A DNA stretch of 64,000 nucleotides from the human T2T-CHM13v2.0 reference genome, Homo sapiens, in NCBI GenBank assembly GCA_009914755.4, contig CP086569.2:6944001-7008000 (forward strand), given 5' to 3'. Each line of letters starts with the position of its first letter. The stretch's first letter is position 1. Below the pieces are notes generated by a model. The model made no database searches. It had not been told where the DNA came from and worked only from the letters and a program-made list of their open reading frames with translations. Positions 42,300 through 57,431 of this stretch are shown piece after piece. A program made the translations under genes and the position numbers.

Positions 42300-42545
42300 A
42301 TAACACAAGCATCCCTTATTTGAAATACTTGAGACCAGAATTGTTTTGGGTTTTGGGTTTTTTCAGATTTTGGAATATTTGAATTACCTTTACCTGTGAG
42401 CATCCCTAATTCGAAAATTTGAAATCCAGTGCTCCAGTGAGCATTTCCTTTGAGCTGTGAGCATCATGTCAGTGCTGGAAAAGTATTGACTTTTGGAGCA
42501 TTTCAGATTTCAGATTTGGATTAAAGATGCTCAACTTGTATACAC
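42300..42545 (+). mobile_element. MITE-like DNA-transposon relic with internal inverted symmetry (Tc1/mariner- or hAT-derived MER-type element)
   Basis: ..gagcatccctaattcgaaaatttgaaatccagtgctccagtgagcatttcctttgagctgtgagcatcatgtcagtgctggaaaagtattgacttttggagcatttcagatttcagatttggattaaagatgctcaac is a palindromic arrangement of gagcatc../..gatgctc and ..ttggagcatt../..gtgctccag. The family name is not certain. Confidence 0.5.
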
Positions 42546-42654
42546 CTGTCTTTAAACTATAACAGATGATTTCTTTCTCTCCAACAGTTCTTTTTTGTTT
42601 GTTTGTTTTTGGTGTTTTTTATTTCTCTACAACAATTTTTTGTTTTTTTTGTGT

Positions 42655-42790
42655 GTGTTTTTGTGTTTCTTTTGAGACAGGGTTTCACTGTATTGACCAG
42701 GATAGTCTTGAACTCCTGGCCTCAAGTGATCCTCCCACCTTGGCTTCCCAAAGTGCCAGGATGGTATCCGTGAGCCACTGCATTGGGTGC
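42655..42790 (-). mobile_element. Alu-monomer-like fragment (antisense)
   Basis: gagacagggtttcactgtattgaccaggatagtcttgaactcctggcctcaagtgatcctcccaccttggcttcccaaagtgccaggatggtatccgtgagccactgcattgggtgc. Confidence 0.7.
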
Positions 42791-43729
42791 AACAGCTCTT
42801 TCCTAGTTCTTCTGTTGTAGCATTTTAAGTCCAGATGTTACATTGATTACTGTCCTCTGGGTTTTTATTTCTAGCATCTAGGGGTAATATTGAACCTAAT
42901 CTTTCAAAATTTCTACTTAATCCTTTCAAACACACACAGGAATAGAGAGTAGTTCATATTGAAACCTTGTGGTCCCATCACCCAGTTTCGATTGTTATCA
43001 AAGCTTTGCCACTTTGTTGGTTTCTTTCTCTTTGCCCATTTGTTTGTTGAGTTATTTTAAAGCAGATGCACTCCATCCTATCTCTAATAGATATCTCCCT
43101 TTAAAAAAGAAATTCAATGCATTATCACATCTGACCAAACTAATTTTTTTAGGAAAAAAATCTAGCCTGGGCAACATAGCAAGACCTCATCTCTGCAAAA
43201 CATCAGAAACAAAAAAATTAGCCTTCCATAGGTTAAATCCACCCTGCTGTATGTCTGTTAATAAAGTTTTATTGGAACACAGGCACATCTTGGGGGATAT
43301 TTCTAACAGAGACCATGTGATCTACAAAGCCTAAAGTATTTGCCATCTGGCTCCTTAGAGAGAATATTTGCCCACTCCTGAGCCAGGAACTTTAAATTGA
43401 CCAGGAACTTTTTGCAGTGGAGTATTATTTGACCATGAAAAGGAATATAGTTCTGACACATTCTACTCCACATTGGTAAACCTTCAAAACATGATGTGGG
43501 ATGAAATAAGCTAGACAAAAAAGGGGCCCTAGATTCTTCTAAGTCATAGGGACAGAAGGTAGATGGTGGGTGCCAGGGGCTGGGGAGGTGCAGGGAAGGG
43601 GGAGATACTGTTTAATGAGGAGGGAGTTTCTGTTTGGAATGATGAAGTTCCACCAATGGATGGTAGAGAGGGTTGCACAACAAGGTTGATAGGCTTCCCG
43701 CCACTGAACCATACACTTAAAAATGATTA

Positions 43730-44335
43730 AAATGGAAAATTTTATGATAGATGTATTTTACCAAATAACTGTATACATAATTGTAATATTTAATTAGACA
43801 TAAATAATATATCCTGTATTAAATTTATATATTTAAATATATTTATCTCTTTAATATGTTAAATATTTAAATATATTCATATGTAAATTTAATATATAAA
43901 TATATTAATGTAATGTGTTAATTAAGATAACATAATGTATTAATATAATATATTCCGATTATATTTGAAACAAATACAATGTAATTTTTAAACATAATTA
44001 TATTTTAAAAATATATATTTAATATAATTATATAATAAACTGATACTTTATATTTAATTAAATGTTACATATGTAATTAAACTACTAAATACTTTTATAT
44101 GCTCATAAATTGTGATATAAATATATATTTAGAAAGTTATATGTAGCTATAATTATACAGTATCCATAGTTTTCTATATATAATTTTATAAATGTATATT
44201 TATAATTTTTTAAATTTAAATTTATATATTAGTATGTGTTACACATTTACTGTTTAGATTATATGTTCAAATTTAAATGTATACATTTATAAATACATAA
44301 TTATTTTATATATATTTCATAACATCAGAAAAGTC
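43730..44335 (+). repeat. A ~600-bp AT-rich low-complexity island (>85% A+T by eye) with iterated atataaatatatt/taatataat motifs
   Basis: 43740-44330 is composed almost entirely of A/T with degenerate (TATAA)/(ATATT) periodicity. Confidence 0.85.
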
Positions 44336-45154
44336 TTTCTACTTACTTTGGACGTTTTCCCTTAGCTTCTTACTTTTGAGTATTTAATGGAAGCCAAGGA
44401 GGGCCTGAGATGTCGAGTCTGTTTGCAGTCAGTGTTGTTACTTTCCCTTCAGCCCTGTTTAATTTTGCTATAATTCATACTAGGAGGTGGGTATTACTGT
44501 GCCGAGGTTGGTGACAGGCACCCTTCTCCCTGCTGGTCAGTGGTGTTTCGGAACCATAGTCGCCTAGGAAACCCCTCCCAGGGCCTGGGCTGGCCATCGG
44601 AAGCTGTCCCATGCTTGCGGACATGTACCTTCTCCCTTGACAGTCCTGAAATTCTCAACTGTTTGTTCCCATCAGACAGTTCTAGGAACTGTGATTGTGT
44701 CCCTGTAGAAAAACAACGATGAAAAACTTTCCTTTTTCTGAGAAACCCCCACACCCTGCTTCTTGATTGTAACCCAAGATCCTATAAGAAAAGGCGTGTA
44801 GTATTTTCATCATGAGTACTGAGCTAACATCTATTTCCTGCATTACCAAATGTAGAGAAAACACTCTCATACTTTTCTGATAAAAAGGAAAAAAATCCAT
44901 TCGTTTCTGTAATCAAGAGTAAAAGCTGTCATCAGCTGTCCATATTCTTCATGAGCCCCACTGTGCCCCTGTTAGCTGAGTGACATGCTTACCATGTCGT
45001 AAAGCCATGAGGAGAGACAGAAAGTGAGGCTGGTGACGCCACCTGCTAGGACGTAAGAGGGACTGGACTGAAACTGAACTGGGAGATGTCATCCATTTCT
45101 CTCTCTTTTTCTCTTTTTATTGTGGTAAAATACCCTTAAAATGTACCATAGTAA

Positions 45155-45467
<313 letters not shown>

Positions 45468-46684
45468 CATTTGAACCATCTTAAGTTGCACAATCTCATG
45501 GCATTTATTGCATTTACCATGTTGTACAACCATCACCTCTGTCTAGTTCCAGAACATTTTCATGATCCCAAAAGAGAACTTGTATCTGTTAAGCAATTAT
45601 TCCCCATCCTAAGCCAGGATGATCTCATCTTAACTTGATTGCAGCTACGAAGATCCTGTTTGCACATAAGGTCCCACTCACAAATACTGGGGTTTAGGAC
45701 TTTGGGGAGTGCACAGTTCAGCCAGTGCAGGTGTGACGGAAGGCATGGGCATTAAGAACACAGGAGTCATTGGATATCTATACTTCATAGATAATCCTAT
45801 CCTTAGCTCTGTTTCTCCTTCGTTAACATGGCCTCCTCCTTCCCCTCCCGCCGGCCATAGTGAAACTAAGAACAGTGAGAAAACTGAGAACAGCAGGTGT
45901 CACCTTCCTTCTACCCAAAAGCCAGGTGAGCAAAAGGAGATAGGAGCAGGGAAGTGGATAATTCACTGCCCCGACCAGTGGTCTCCACATAGCACTCAGG
46001 CTGTCTCATCTCATATTCATTCACGCAGTCAGCATCTCTCCATAGCAGCGCATGTCTCTCTGTACTTTCAGCTAGGCATTGGGGCTTTTTGCAGGAAGGA
46101 TTGATTCTAACAGGGCAGGAGTCCTCCTGAGGCAAGTTAGAACCTGGATACTTATACAACCTTAGGTGTGTGTCCTTACCCTAACATGGAGCCAAAAAGA
46201 GCCTCATCTTTTTAAAGGTAAGTGGAAGTTGCAACTAAATGCCTATAGGGTGACTTGCGGCCACTTCTACTTTGGGTTCATATCAGCTAAGTTCTATGCT
46301 TTTAGCTACTTTCAGGCCATTTTGGATGGGCTAGCAAGGTGAAAATACAAAATTAGTAGGCCAATAAGTCAGTCGTCTTGCAGAGTAACAGAAATGTTAT
46401 GCATTGAATCAACTAGGGTGTACTTGGAGTTGATTCCGCTGGGAGGGGCAGGGGAGAGGATGTTTCTAAAATAATGTGCATTGTACTTTCCTTTTGTAGA
46501 CTTAAGTCTAATGAATGAGAAGCACTTAATAGGACCACAAGGGGATCCTTGTTCCATGCTTAGATCTAGCATGCAGATAAAGTAAGCCCCTTCCCACATT
46601 CCTCCATGGGAAGGTAACTTAATTTCTCTCCTTGTCTTGTTTCTTTCTTTCCTGACTTGTATCTCCCAGAGCCTGCAGTACTTT

Positions 46685-47301
<617 letters not shown>

Positions 47302-48350
47302 TGAAATTTGGATGGCAGCCAGTTTGTTGTTATCCCAAGGGCTTACAGATTAATGTGGAAAAGTCTCTTGTCGGAAAAGAGGTGGGTATGGAGATGTGGT
47401 GGAGAAGCGAAGGAAAGATAACAGTAACAACAATTTGGGTGGGTTCCTGCAAGCAGGAAGGTGAGGAGCTGAAGCCAAGATACGTGCCCACACCACCGCA
47501 AACAGGGCAGACTCAGGTAAGATGTGCTGGGAATAAAATAGGCTTTGCATATGCTTGAAACATTGTGCAAAGAACTCGAGAGTGGATAAACATGTACATT
47601 ACCAGGCTCTATGGAACTTGCTTTTTGTTCTCTTTACATTCAAAAAAATATGTAAGTATATATTTTTTAAAATGTAAAAAAAAAAATTACATATGTATAA
47701 ATATATTATAAAAAAGAAGGGCCTTTGCAAAGCATGTATATTTTTTTCCCCTCCAAGGGTGTTGCTTCTTTCTGCCTGTCTACAGACGGGCCCCACACAC
47801 CAGGCTAGGAAGCATGTGTCAGGAAGGGTGGATGTGGCCTGCAGGTGTGCTATGGGTCTGAATTGCTGAAAGCCCGAAGCGACATTCTACCCAGCAGTAG
47901 AGTGCCAATGGAGTATGGCCTAGACACAGCCCCCTCTTTGAGGTTACTGATACTCAGCTCCTTTCCAGCCCATGAGTCTTCCAGCTTCTGCTACAGTCAT
48001 TGTTACATTGCCCTGACTTTGTTTAGCAGTTGCTTCTGTAACCAAAACACAGGTTCAGCCCCTTGCCATTTGCAGAGTGCAATTAGCAAGAGCAAGGTCT
48101 AGTGTAAAGAAAGTGAGTTTTTATTCCAGAGCTTTCTTAGGGTAAGAAGTACTGGCTTCCTGCTTGAGGCCACCCCTTTGTTTTCGGAGCACAAAGCAGG
48201 CACTTTTAAAATGGCATGCAGGGGAGGAAGTGTATTTCCGTCTTTACACTGGTTTCCGGGGGCAAGAAATGTTTTTTTTTTTGCAGAGGGTAGAGAGTGA
48301 AAGAACACATACATAAGCTCTGCTGACCATCCAGTCTCAATTACAAGTAA

Positions 48351-48652
<302 letters not shown>

Positions 48653-48754
48653 TAACTGAGTTCTTGAATTATTCTTTTCAGTGACACTTTTTTGTTTGTT
48701 TGTTTGAAGGATAAAGGATTTTTTAAAATTTAATTTTATTTACTTATTCATATA

Positions 48755-49095
48755 TTTACTTTAAGAACTTTCGTTTTAGGTTCAGAGGTACATGTGCAGG
48801 TTTGTTATATGGGTAAACTGCATGCCACTTGGTTTACGAATTATTTTGCCACCCAGGTAATACACATCATACCTGACACGTAGATTTCCCATCCTCATCC
48901 TCCTCCCACCCTCCATCTTCAGGCAGGCCCAGGTATCTGTTTTTCCCCCTCTCCATGTCAGCGTATAGCCAGTGTTTAGCTCCCACATATAAGTGAGAAC
49001 ATGTGGTATTTGGTGCGTGATGTGAGTCCACTTAGGGGAATGGCCTCTCCACCTCCATCCATGCTGCTGCAGAGGACATGATCTCGTTGTTTTTC
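48755..49095 (-). mobile_element. L1 3'-end fragment (older L1PA/L1PB), antisense. It ends 340 bp upstream of the 49439 exon
   Basis: ttttaggttcagaggtacatgtgcaggtttgttatatgggtaaactgcatgccac...gtgtttagctcccacatataagtgagaacatgtggtatttggt...ccatccatgctgctgcagaggacatgatctcgttgtttttc is the reverse complement of the L1 3' region. Confidence 0.8.
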
Positions 49096-49376
49096 CTTTA
49101 ATTAATTTTATTCATTATGATTTATACTAAGACAGGTAAAAATAACTCAAAAAAGTCTGAGTCTTTTTGCTTCTGAGTAACAGTGGTAACAGTACCAGCA
49201 ACAGTAGCAAGGATGGTAAAACCAATTCTTAGTTTCCAAGCCCGATAAGAAATGTTTCTATGGAAAGGAATCAGTGAAAACAATGTTACTGTCTTTACAC
49301 AGTAAAATATGTGCACAGACGGTAAAGGGAGCGTGGTTTTACTCAACGAAGTTATTGTAACAATCAGAGCTTCTAA

Positions 49377-49559
<183 letters not shown>

Positions 49560-50261
49560 TAAGTAGAGTCTCTGTAGAGAATCTTCATCTTACAGGCCAG
49601 CACCCCCTTCCCCCACCCATTCGTCCACTCGGCATTTCTGTAACCTTGAAAACAGTACGTGAGTGTCGCAAACACACAGTGTGGCTGCACACACATCTGC
49701 TGCCCTGCTGAGGTTGGCAATGTGAATTAGCAATTGAGCTTGTGTGAATAAGAGGCAAAAAACCCAAACTTGTGAAGGAACCACCCATGCATGCCCATTG
49801 AGATTTTTATATTGAAATATCCATATCTTCTTTAAATATACAATTAACATTCTGGGCTGCTCTGAAGGTAGTGAGTTATCTCAGTTGATATTCACAGTTA
49901 GCTACCAGTTGAACTCCTTACTCTGCTTTTTCTCCCCTTATCACTTCTGTGCTTGATTAGTCTTAGAAAGAATTTAAAAATTAAATACAAAAAATAACCT
50001 TCTGCACTGACGCTTCCTGAAGCAATCTGCAGGGCTCAGGAGGGCAGAGGTTGGGTCAGTGTAAATCAGCCAAATACAATTGAGTGGTTCCTGGATGAAC
50101 AGCTGGCAAGGAAGGCAAGAATGTATTCTTTCCTAAAACCCCTGACTTATGTTACCAGGAAGGAGTCCTGATCCAGACCCCAACAGAGGGTTGTAGGATC
50201 TCTTGCAAGAAAGAATTCAGGGAAAGTCCATAGATCAAGTGAAAGCAAGTTTATTAAGAAC

Positions 50262-50563
<302 letters not shown>

Positions 50564-50639
50564 TCATTAGGCAGAGCAGCCCCAAGGGCTGCTGTTTGGC
50601 TATTTTGGTGGTTATTTCTTGACTATATGCTAAACAAGG

Positions 50640-51060
50640 GGTGGATTTTTCGTGAGTTTTCCGGGAAAGTGGTGGGCAATTCCTGGAGCTGAGGGTTCCT
50701 CCCCTTTTTAGAGCATACAGGGTAACATCCTGACCTTGTCATGGCATTTGTAAACTGTCATGGCCCTGGTGGGAGTGTCTTTTAGTACCTAATGCATTAT
50801 AATTAATGTATAATGAGCCGTGAGGATGATCAGAGGTCACTGTTGTCGCCATCTTGGTTTTGATGACATTTGGCTGGCTTTACTGCAGCCTGTTTTATCA
50901 GCAGGGTCTTTGTGACCTGTATATTGTGCCAGCCTCCTGTCTCATCCTGTGGCTTAGAATGCCCTAACCGTCTGGGAGTGCAGCCCAGTAGGTCTCAGCC
51001 TCATTTTACCCAGCCCCTGTTCAGGATGGAGTTACTCTCGTTCCAACGCCTGTGATACCT
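50640..51060 (+). mobile_element. ERV LTR fragment, ERV9/LTR12-like (the family call is tentative)
   Basis: ..tgtaaactgtcatggccctggtgggagtgtcttttag...ggtcactgttgtcgccatcttggttttgatgacatttggctggctttactgcagcctgttttatcagcagggtctttgtgacctgtatattgtgccagcctcctgtctcatcctgtggcttagaatgccctaaccgtctgggagtgcagcccagtaggtctcagcctcattttacccagcccctgttcaggatggagttactctcgttccaacgcctgtgata matches my recollection of the LTR12 U3/R region. Confidence 0.45.
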
Positions 51061-52029
51061 GTGTTGGGTGAGATTTGGAAGTCAGGAGAGGTGCCATCCC
51101 CCCTGCGACCACATAACAGAGGTCGGTCATTTGTTGGGACGTCAGCATGATTGAGTGTTCAAGTCTAGCATATGCCTGAGACAGCTCCACTATGACTAGA
51201 CCAGAAACGCAAAGGAAGCACGCAACACTTGGAAACCCAGGACGTGGGCGTCATCCTCGTTCCGTTGTTAGTGCTAAGTTGACTCAGTAGCGTGGCACTT
51301 TTCCAGATAGGAACCTGTAGGAAGGAGTGAGCTACGTGTCAGAGGAACTGTTGCACCGTGTGGCTCTGCACGAAAGACTCTTCTCTAGGATGAAGACGAG
51401 AGGAAGCCCAGCCAGCGAGGGCCCAGAACACTGGTTGGGGGATCCTCTGCCGCGCTTTGCCACAGCCGACACTCTGCCTCCTAGGTTCTCTATTTTCCTG
51501 TTTCCTTCTTTCTTCTGCTTGCCCCCGAGTCTCAAAGACAGACACCAGCATATCCTCTGACTGCCCTCTGTTGTTGCAAAAGCCAGATCTCTCTCACATC
51601 TCTCTGATTCCCTGCAGGGGTTAAAGACCAGAGATTTTTACTGGGAAAACTTCCCTTTCAGTTGGAAACAAAGGAGGGAAGGAAGAGAGGCATTCTCCTG
51701 CTGGGAAGGTGTGTCTAAGCCAGATCCTGGTGGTGGGGAGCACCCAGCTCTTGTTCCTGAGGGTGTGGAGCATGTGACATTCTAACATCCACCTCAGGAA
51801 ATCCAGGCAGTCGCTGACTTTGTTTGGGGAGCAGACAGGGGTCATTGCCCCCATGTGCTTATCTCTGCCGTGTTTTATGAAAAAAGTGAATCCGTTAATT
51901 CCCACACTAGCTTAGTGATCTGAATGATGTTGAACAAGCATTATCAAAGAATTCCACGATGAGAAGCAAAGGGAGGAGAGTGGAACTTTTGAAAACCTGT
52001 ATTTCATTGTCTGGCTATCCGTGTATTGT

Positions 52030-52712
52030 TTATCATCCATCCATCCACCCATATATCTTTTTATCTAAGTCTGTATACTTATCCATCCATCCACACACCC
52101 ACCCATTCATCCATCCATCCATCTATCCATCCTTCCACCCACCCACTCCTTTTCCATCTCTATCCACCCAACCATCTATCCATCCATTTGTCTGTCCACC
52201 CATCCATCCATCCATCTATCCATCCATCCATCCATCCATCTACCCACCCACCCACCCCTGTCTATCTCTATGGTCTACCTCTTATGTATGTATATACACA
52301 TCTGTTTTTCCATTTATCCTTATCTATCATCTGTCCAAGCTCTCATTTAGATATTTGTATATCCATCTCTCTGTCCATCTTTTTATCTCTATGATATTTT
52401 TATCTGTCTACCTACCTATCATCTATATATTTACCTGTCATCCGTCATTCATGTATCAGTCTATCTACTTCCTATTCATGTGTCTTTCTGTTTATCCAAC
52501 TGTTAATCATTGATCTTTCTATGTAACTGTCTACCTACTTACCTATCCATCTGTGAATCATCTCTCTACCTATTCATCTGTCTGCTTTTCTATATATCTA
52601 TCTACCTATTCATCTATCAATCATCTATCCACCTACCTACCTACCTATCCATCTATCTCTACCTGTCTGTCTGGCTATCAAACATCTATCTACCTACCTA
52701 CCCGCTGGTCTT
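52030..52712 (+). repeat. A ~680-bp compound tetranucleotide microsatellite: (CCAT)n/(CATC)n/(CCAC)n blocks degrading into (TCTA)n/(CTAT)n/(ACCT)n blocks
   Basis: catccatccatccacccat...catccatccatccatctatccatccttccacccacccac...ccatccatccatccatctatccatccatccatccatctacccacccacccacc...tctacctacctacctacctatccatctatc.... The ORF-track entries 51959-52513 and 52026-52394 are translation artefacts. Confidence 0.9.
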
Positions 52713-52832
52713 TTGAATTTTCCTTTACTCTTTGCTGAGACATGCCTGCAAATCACATAGAATCAAACTTCTCCATGTGCACCTGAGCCCATGACGTCCT
52801 AGGCAAACCCAAAAGGTTAAAAATAACTTAGG

Positions 52833-53140
52833 CAGGCTGGGCGCAGTGGCTCAAGCCTGCAGTTCCAGCACTTTGGGAGGCCCTGAGGTTGGGAGTTCGA
52901 GACCAGCCTGACCAACGTGGAGAAACCCTGTTCCTACTAAAAATACAAAATTAGCTGGGCATGGTGGCACATGTTTTTAATCCCAGCTACTCAGGAGGCA
53001 GAGGCAGGAGAATTGCTTGAACCTGGGAGGTGGAGGCTGCAGTGAGCTGAGATCCCACCTCGCCATTGCACTGTAGCCTGGGCAACGAGCGAAATTCCCG
53101 TATCAAAAACAAAACAAAACAAAACAAAAAACGCATATTG
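52833..53140 (+). mobile_element. Alu SINE, full length, with a (CAAAA)n tail
   Basis: aggcaggctgggcgcagtggctcaagcctgcagttccagcactttgggaggccctgaggttgggagttcgagaccagcctgaccaacgtggagaaaccctgttcc...atcaaaaacaaaacaaaacaaaacaaaaaacg. Confidence 0.9.
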
Positions 53141-53279
53141 ATTGGCATCCACCCAGGGAAAAGCACCACATTTTCCCTCTATGATAACACCGACCACACG
53201 AGGGCAGCATTGCCTAAGGATCATTCATTGTATGCTGGGGTCTGAAGAGTGAGGTGCATGTGCCTCAAATTTTATTGGT

Positions 53280-53590
53280 GATTGGATAGAATAGCCTGTT
53301 ATTAGAATGCAATATACTATTAGAACATAATATTGTTACAATATAACAAAATTATTAGAATATAATTAAAACAAAATGTTAGTCTCAGGGTACGCTGAAG
53401 TTAAAATACATAAAAATAAATTTAAAAAGAAAAGAATATTACAGTCAGAACTATATTGGAATTATTATATAAAGTTATCAGAATTGTTAATGGGCTATAG
53501 TATATTAGAATATTTAAATATATTAGAATACAATAGAATGGAAAATAACCTAATTATAATATATCATTAGGCTAATTGAAAATTAATATT
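53280..53590 (+). repeat. AT-rich low-complexity region with a repeated (attagaat/tattagaa) motif
   Basis: tattagaatgcaatatactattagaacataatattgttacaatataacaaaattattagaatataattaaaac...tattagaatatttaaatatattagaatacaatagaatgg. Confidence 0.8.
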
Positions 53591-53591
53591 C

Positions 53592-53900
<309 letters not shown>

Positions 53901-55146
53901 ACATCTCCCAATCTAAAGCCCAGCCTGCTGTCCTGTGCATTTTATGAGACAGGGAGCTGTTGATTCAGAGTAAGCCTTTTTTTATTTTCCGTTTTCCTAA
54001 TTAGAATCTATTTCTGGGTGAATTTTTTCCCCTATTTCTCAGCAACCTTGTGTCTCTTTGCACAGGTGGGTTTTGTAAGAGTGGCAAGCCTCGCCAACCC
54101 CAACTCTCCCCAGGCATTTCTGGGCTCTCCCTCCACTCTCGCTGGCCTGAGCTCTTGCCTTGACGGAGATGCAGGATACAGCTTTCTCACAGTCTCCTGC
54201 ATCTCCTGCCTGCAGTACCTTTTCGTTGAAGCAGCTGCAGGTGTCTTGTCTATGTGTGTCCCTCTTCTCTTGAGAGCCCACATGTAGCTTCCTGGATGAC
54301 TGAAGTAGAATTGGAGGCTCGTTATCGTGAGGTTCTGAGACAGTCTGTCTGTGGGTTGTCCACCCGCCTTAGACAACAGCCTCACCCCTCCTTGTCTTCC
54401 CACTGCTTTTTAAACATGCCAGGAAGCCTGACCTGTCCCCCTGCCTATGGGTGTCCCTGGGGCTGGCCCTTTCTCTTCCACTGCACATGTTGCGAGCTCA
54501 CCTGTTACTTGCTCCCAGAGCCCTCTGGGGCTCCTCCTGTTCTCCTGGGCCATGCCCTGTCCGATCAGCCCATCTGTTTTCTTTATACTGCTTAGCAGCT
54601 CTGAAACCAACTTGATTTTGTATGTGTTGACTGCCTCTGAGAGCAATGCTCCCAAACTGCTCTCCTCACCTCCTTGAACCCGGAAACTTTTGGTGGCTGG
54701 AGGGAGGGCGCTGCTGCACACATAAGTGGAGCTGGCCTGCAGTCAGAGTCCTCCTGCTCCCTTCGCAGCCCGTGTCTGCACCTTTCCTATCGCAGCTCGA
54801 TTTGCTGGATTCCCACTCTTAGCAGGATCAAGTGAGGCTGTGCCTTCTCTGTTTTATTGCTTTAACTGATTATCTCAATCTTCCACTAAGCACAGAGAAA
54901 ACCATCTATGTGGTAAAATCTTTCATGTGATTAGGAAGGAGATCATATCATAATGCAGATTTTATTTTCACATAATGAGACATGTTTAGGTCAGATGAAA
55001 ATTGCGTGGCACGTTCTGGAACAAAATCACTCGTGCACTTTCCAAGGCCCGAGCTCAGCTCTGATTTCTCCCATCATGTTCTCTTTTCTCATCCATTTCC
55101 ATGTTTGTGTTCTCCCAGAGTGTTTAACTCAAAAGTTAGGTAAAGG

Positions 55147-55455
55147 CTGGACATGGTGGCTCAAATGCCTGTCATCCCAGCACTTGAGGAAGCTGAGACA
55201 CAAGGATTGCTTGAGGCCAAGAGTTCAAGACCAGTCTGGGCCACATACTGAGGCCCCATTGCTACAAAAAATAAAAATAAAACTAGCTTGGTGTGGTAGT
55301 ATGTGCCTGTAGTCCCAGCTCTGCAGTAGGCTGAGGTGGGAGGATTGTTTCAGCCCAGGAAGTCGAGGCTGCAGTGACCTGAGATTCCAGCAGTGCACGT
55401 CAGCTTGGGAGACAGAGCAAGACCCTGTGTCAGAAAAAGGAAAAATAAAATCAGC
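55147..55455 (+). mobile_element. Alu SINE, full length
   Basis: aggctggacatggtggctcaaatgcctgtcatcccagcacttgaggaagctgagacacaaggattgcttgaggccaagagttcaagaccagtctgggccacatactgaggccc...gcagtgacctgagattccagcagtgcacgtcagcttgggagacagagcaagaccctgtgtc. Confidence 0.9.
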
Positions 55456-56042
55456 AAAAGCATCAAGAACAAAACACAGGGACACACAAGACATACAGCA
55501 GAGTGCAGGGTAAGAGAAAGCCCCCAGGGTGTCTTGTCTTAGTTATGACAGCAGTGATTCTCAAGTGGCATCCCAGAGGACTATGGGGTTCCTGAAGTGT
55601 GTTTCAGCAGATGAGTGAGATCATTTTTCCAACGACAGATCTGAATAGTGATGAATTTTCTTCATAGGAACAAACTAAGACAATACAACATAGCACAAAG
55701 GGTGCAGAAGATTTTAGAGAAGGTGGACTCTGTCTGCAATGGAGCCTCTTCCACGGGGAGCATTAGGCATTGTGCAGTGGGTTCTCAAACATGTTGGCCT
55801 TGGGACCCCTTCAGCACACAGCTCAAAGTTATTAACAACCCGCAGAACTTTCATTTCTGTGTGTTATAGTTGTCTACGCTGACTGCATTTGAAATTAAAG
55901 TGGGACTGAAATATAAATAAATAGAATACATAAATAATATATATGAGAAGTTAAATGATAGTCGCAGAGGTGAATATAAATAGCTTTTTTAAATGAAAAA
56001 ATAAATACGTGTAACCACACTTTGTAGAACTAAGACCATTCA

Positions 56043-56345
56043 GGTTGGGCATGGAAGCTCACGCCTCTAATCCCAGCACTTTAGGCGGCTGAGGCAGGAG
56101 GATCACTTGAGCCAGCAGTTGGAGGCCAGTCTGGGCAACATAGCCAGACCTCATATCTACAAACAATAAAATGAAATAAATAAACAATTAGCTGGGCATG
56201 GTGATGCATGCCTATGACCCCAGTACTTTGGGAGGCTGAGGCGGGAGGATCACTGAGGCTGGGAGGTCGAGGCTGCAGTGAGCTGTGGTCTCGTCACTGC
56301 ACTCCAGCCTGGGCGACAGAGAGACCCTGTCTCTAAAAAGAGAGA
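56043..56345 (+). mobile_element. Alu SINE, full length
   Basis: caggttgggcatggaagctcacgcctctaatcccagcactttaggcggctgaggcaggaggatcacttgagccagcagttggaggccagtctgggcaacatagccagacc...ccagcctgggcgacagagagaccctgtctctaaaaagagag. Confidence 0.9.
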
Positions 56346-56544
56346 AAACATTCGTGAGGAGGTTGGTTGTATTTTCTGTGTTTTGTGAATCTCTTTAGTG
56401 TCTAGCTTTCACAAGGGCTGCTGGCCTCTCCTCCCTCTGTCTGCAGCCTGTCTGCTGTGCTGCGTGGTGTTTAGTTGAGGCATAGGAGAAAAGTTCATCA
56501 CTATTCAAAACTGGAGTCAGAAAAACGACCTCAGCCATCCCTAA

Positions 56545-57068
<524 letters not shown>

Positions 57069-57431
57069 AGATTTTAGTTTTTAGTCTGAAGGTATCGGGA
57101 CAGGAATCTTTGAGGAAGAAGTCAAGGTGGGATGAAATTCTAGTGACGGTTTTTTTCTTTTCTCTAAAAATCTCTGCCTTCCTTTTCTTGCAGGCATTTC
57201 CAAAGCACGTGTCTTCCAATGCCAGCCCTGGTCTTCAGAACTGGGGCAGGTAGTGTGTCAGCTGATAGTTTAGGAGGGTGTTTTTCCAGCTGAGGTCTCT
57301 GAGTAGGAGACCTCCTCTCAACACCACCTCTGCCAGGACCATCTATTTTATGGGAAGATGTAGATAGGTGGATGATTGCATTAAAATTTTATGGGCAAAT
57401 GATAGAGGTAGTATGGTACAATTGGCAAGAA

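Noticed and set aside
50575-51330. Extent of the ERV9/LTR12-like LTR beyond 50640-51060
   Set aside because: The flanks (50575-50640 and 51060-51330) may belong to the same LTR, but I do not recognise them confidently. Only the core that I can match to memory is reported.
51959-52513. 184-aa and 122-aa ORFs with repetitive HPSI/YPSI motifs
   Set aside because: These are translation artefacts of the (CCAT)n/(TCTA)n compound microsatellite. The periodic amino-acid repeats simply mirror the tetranucleotide period.
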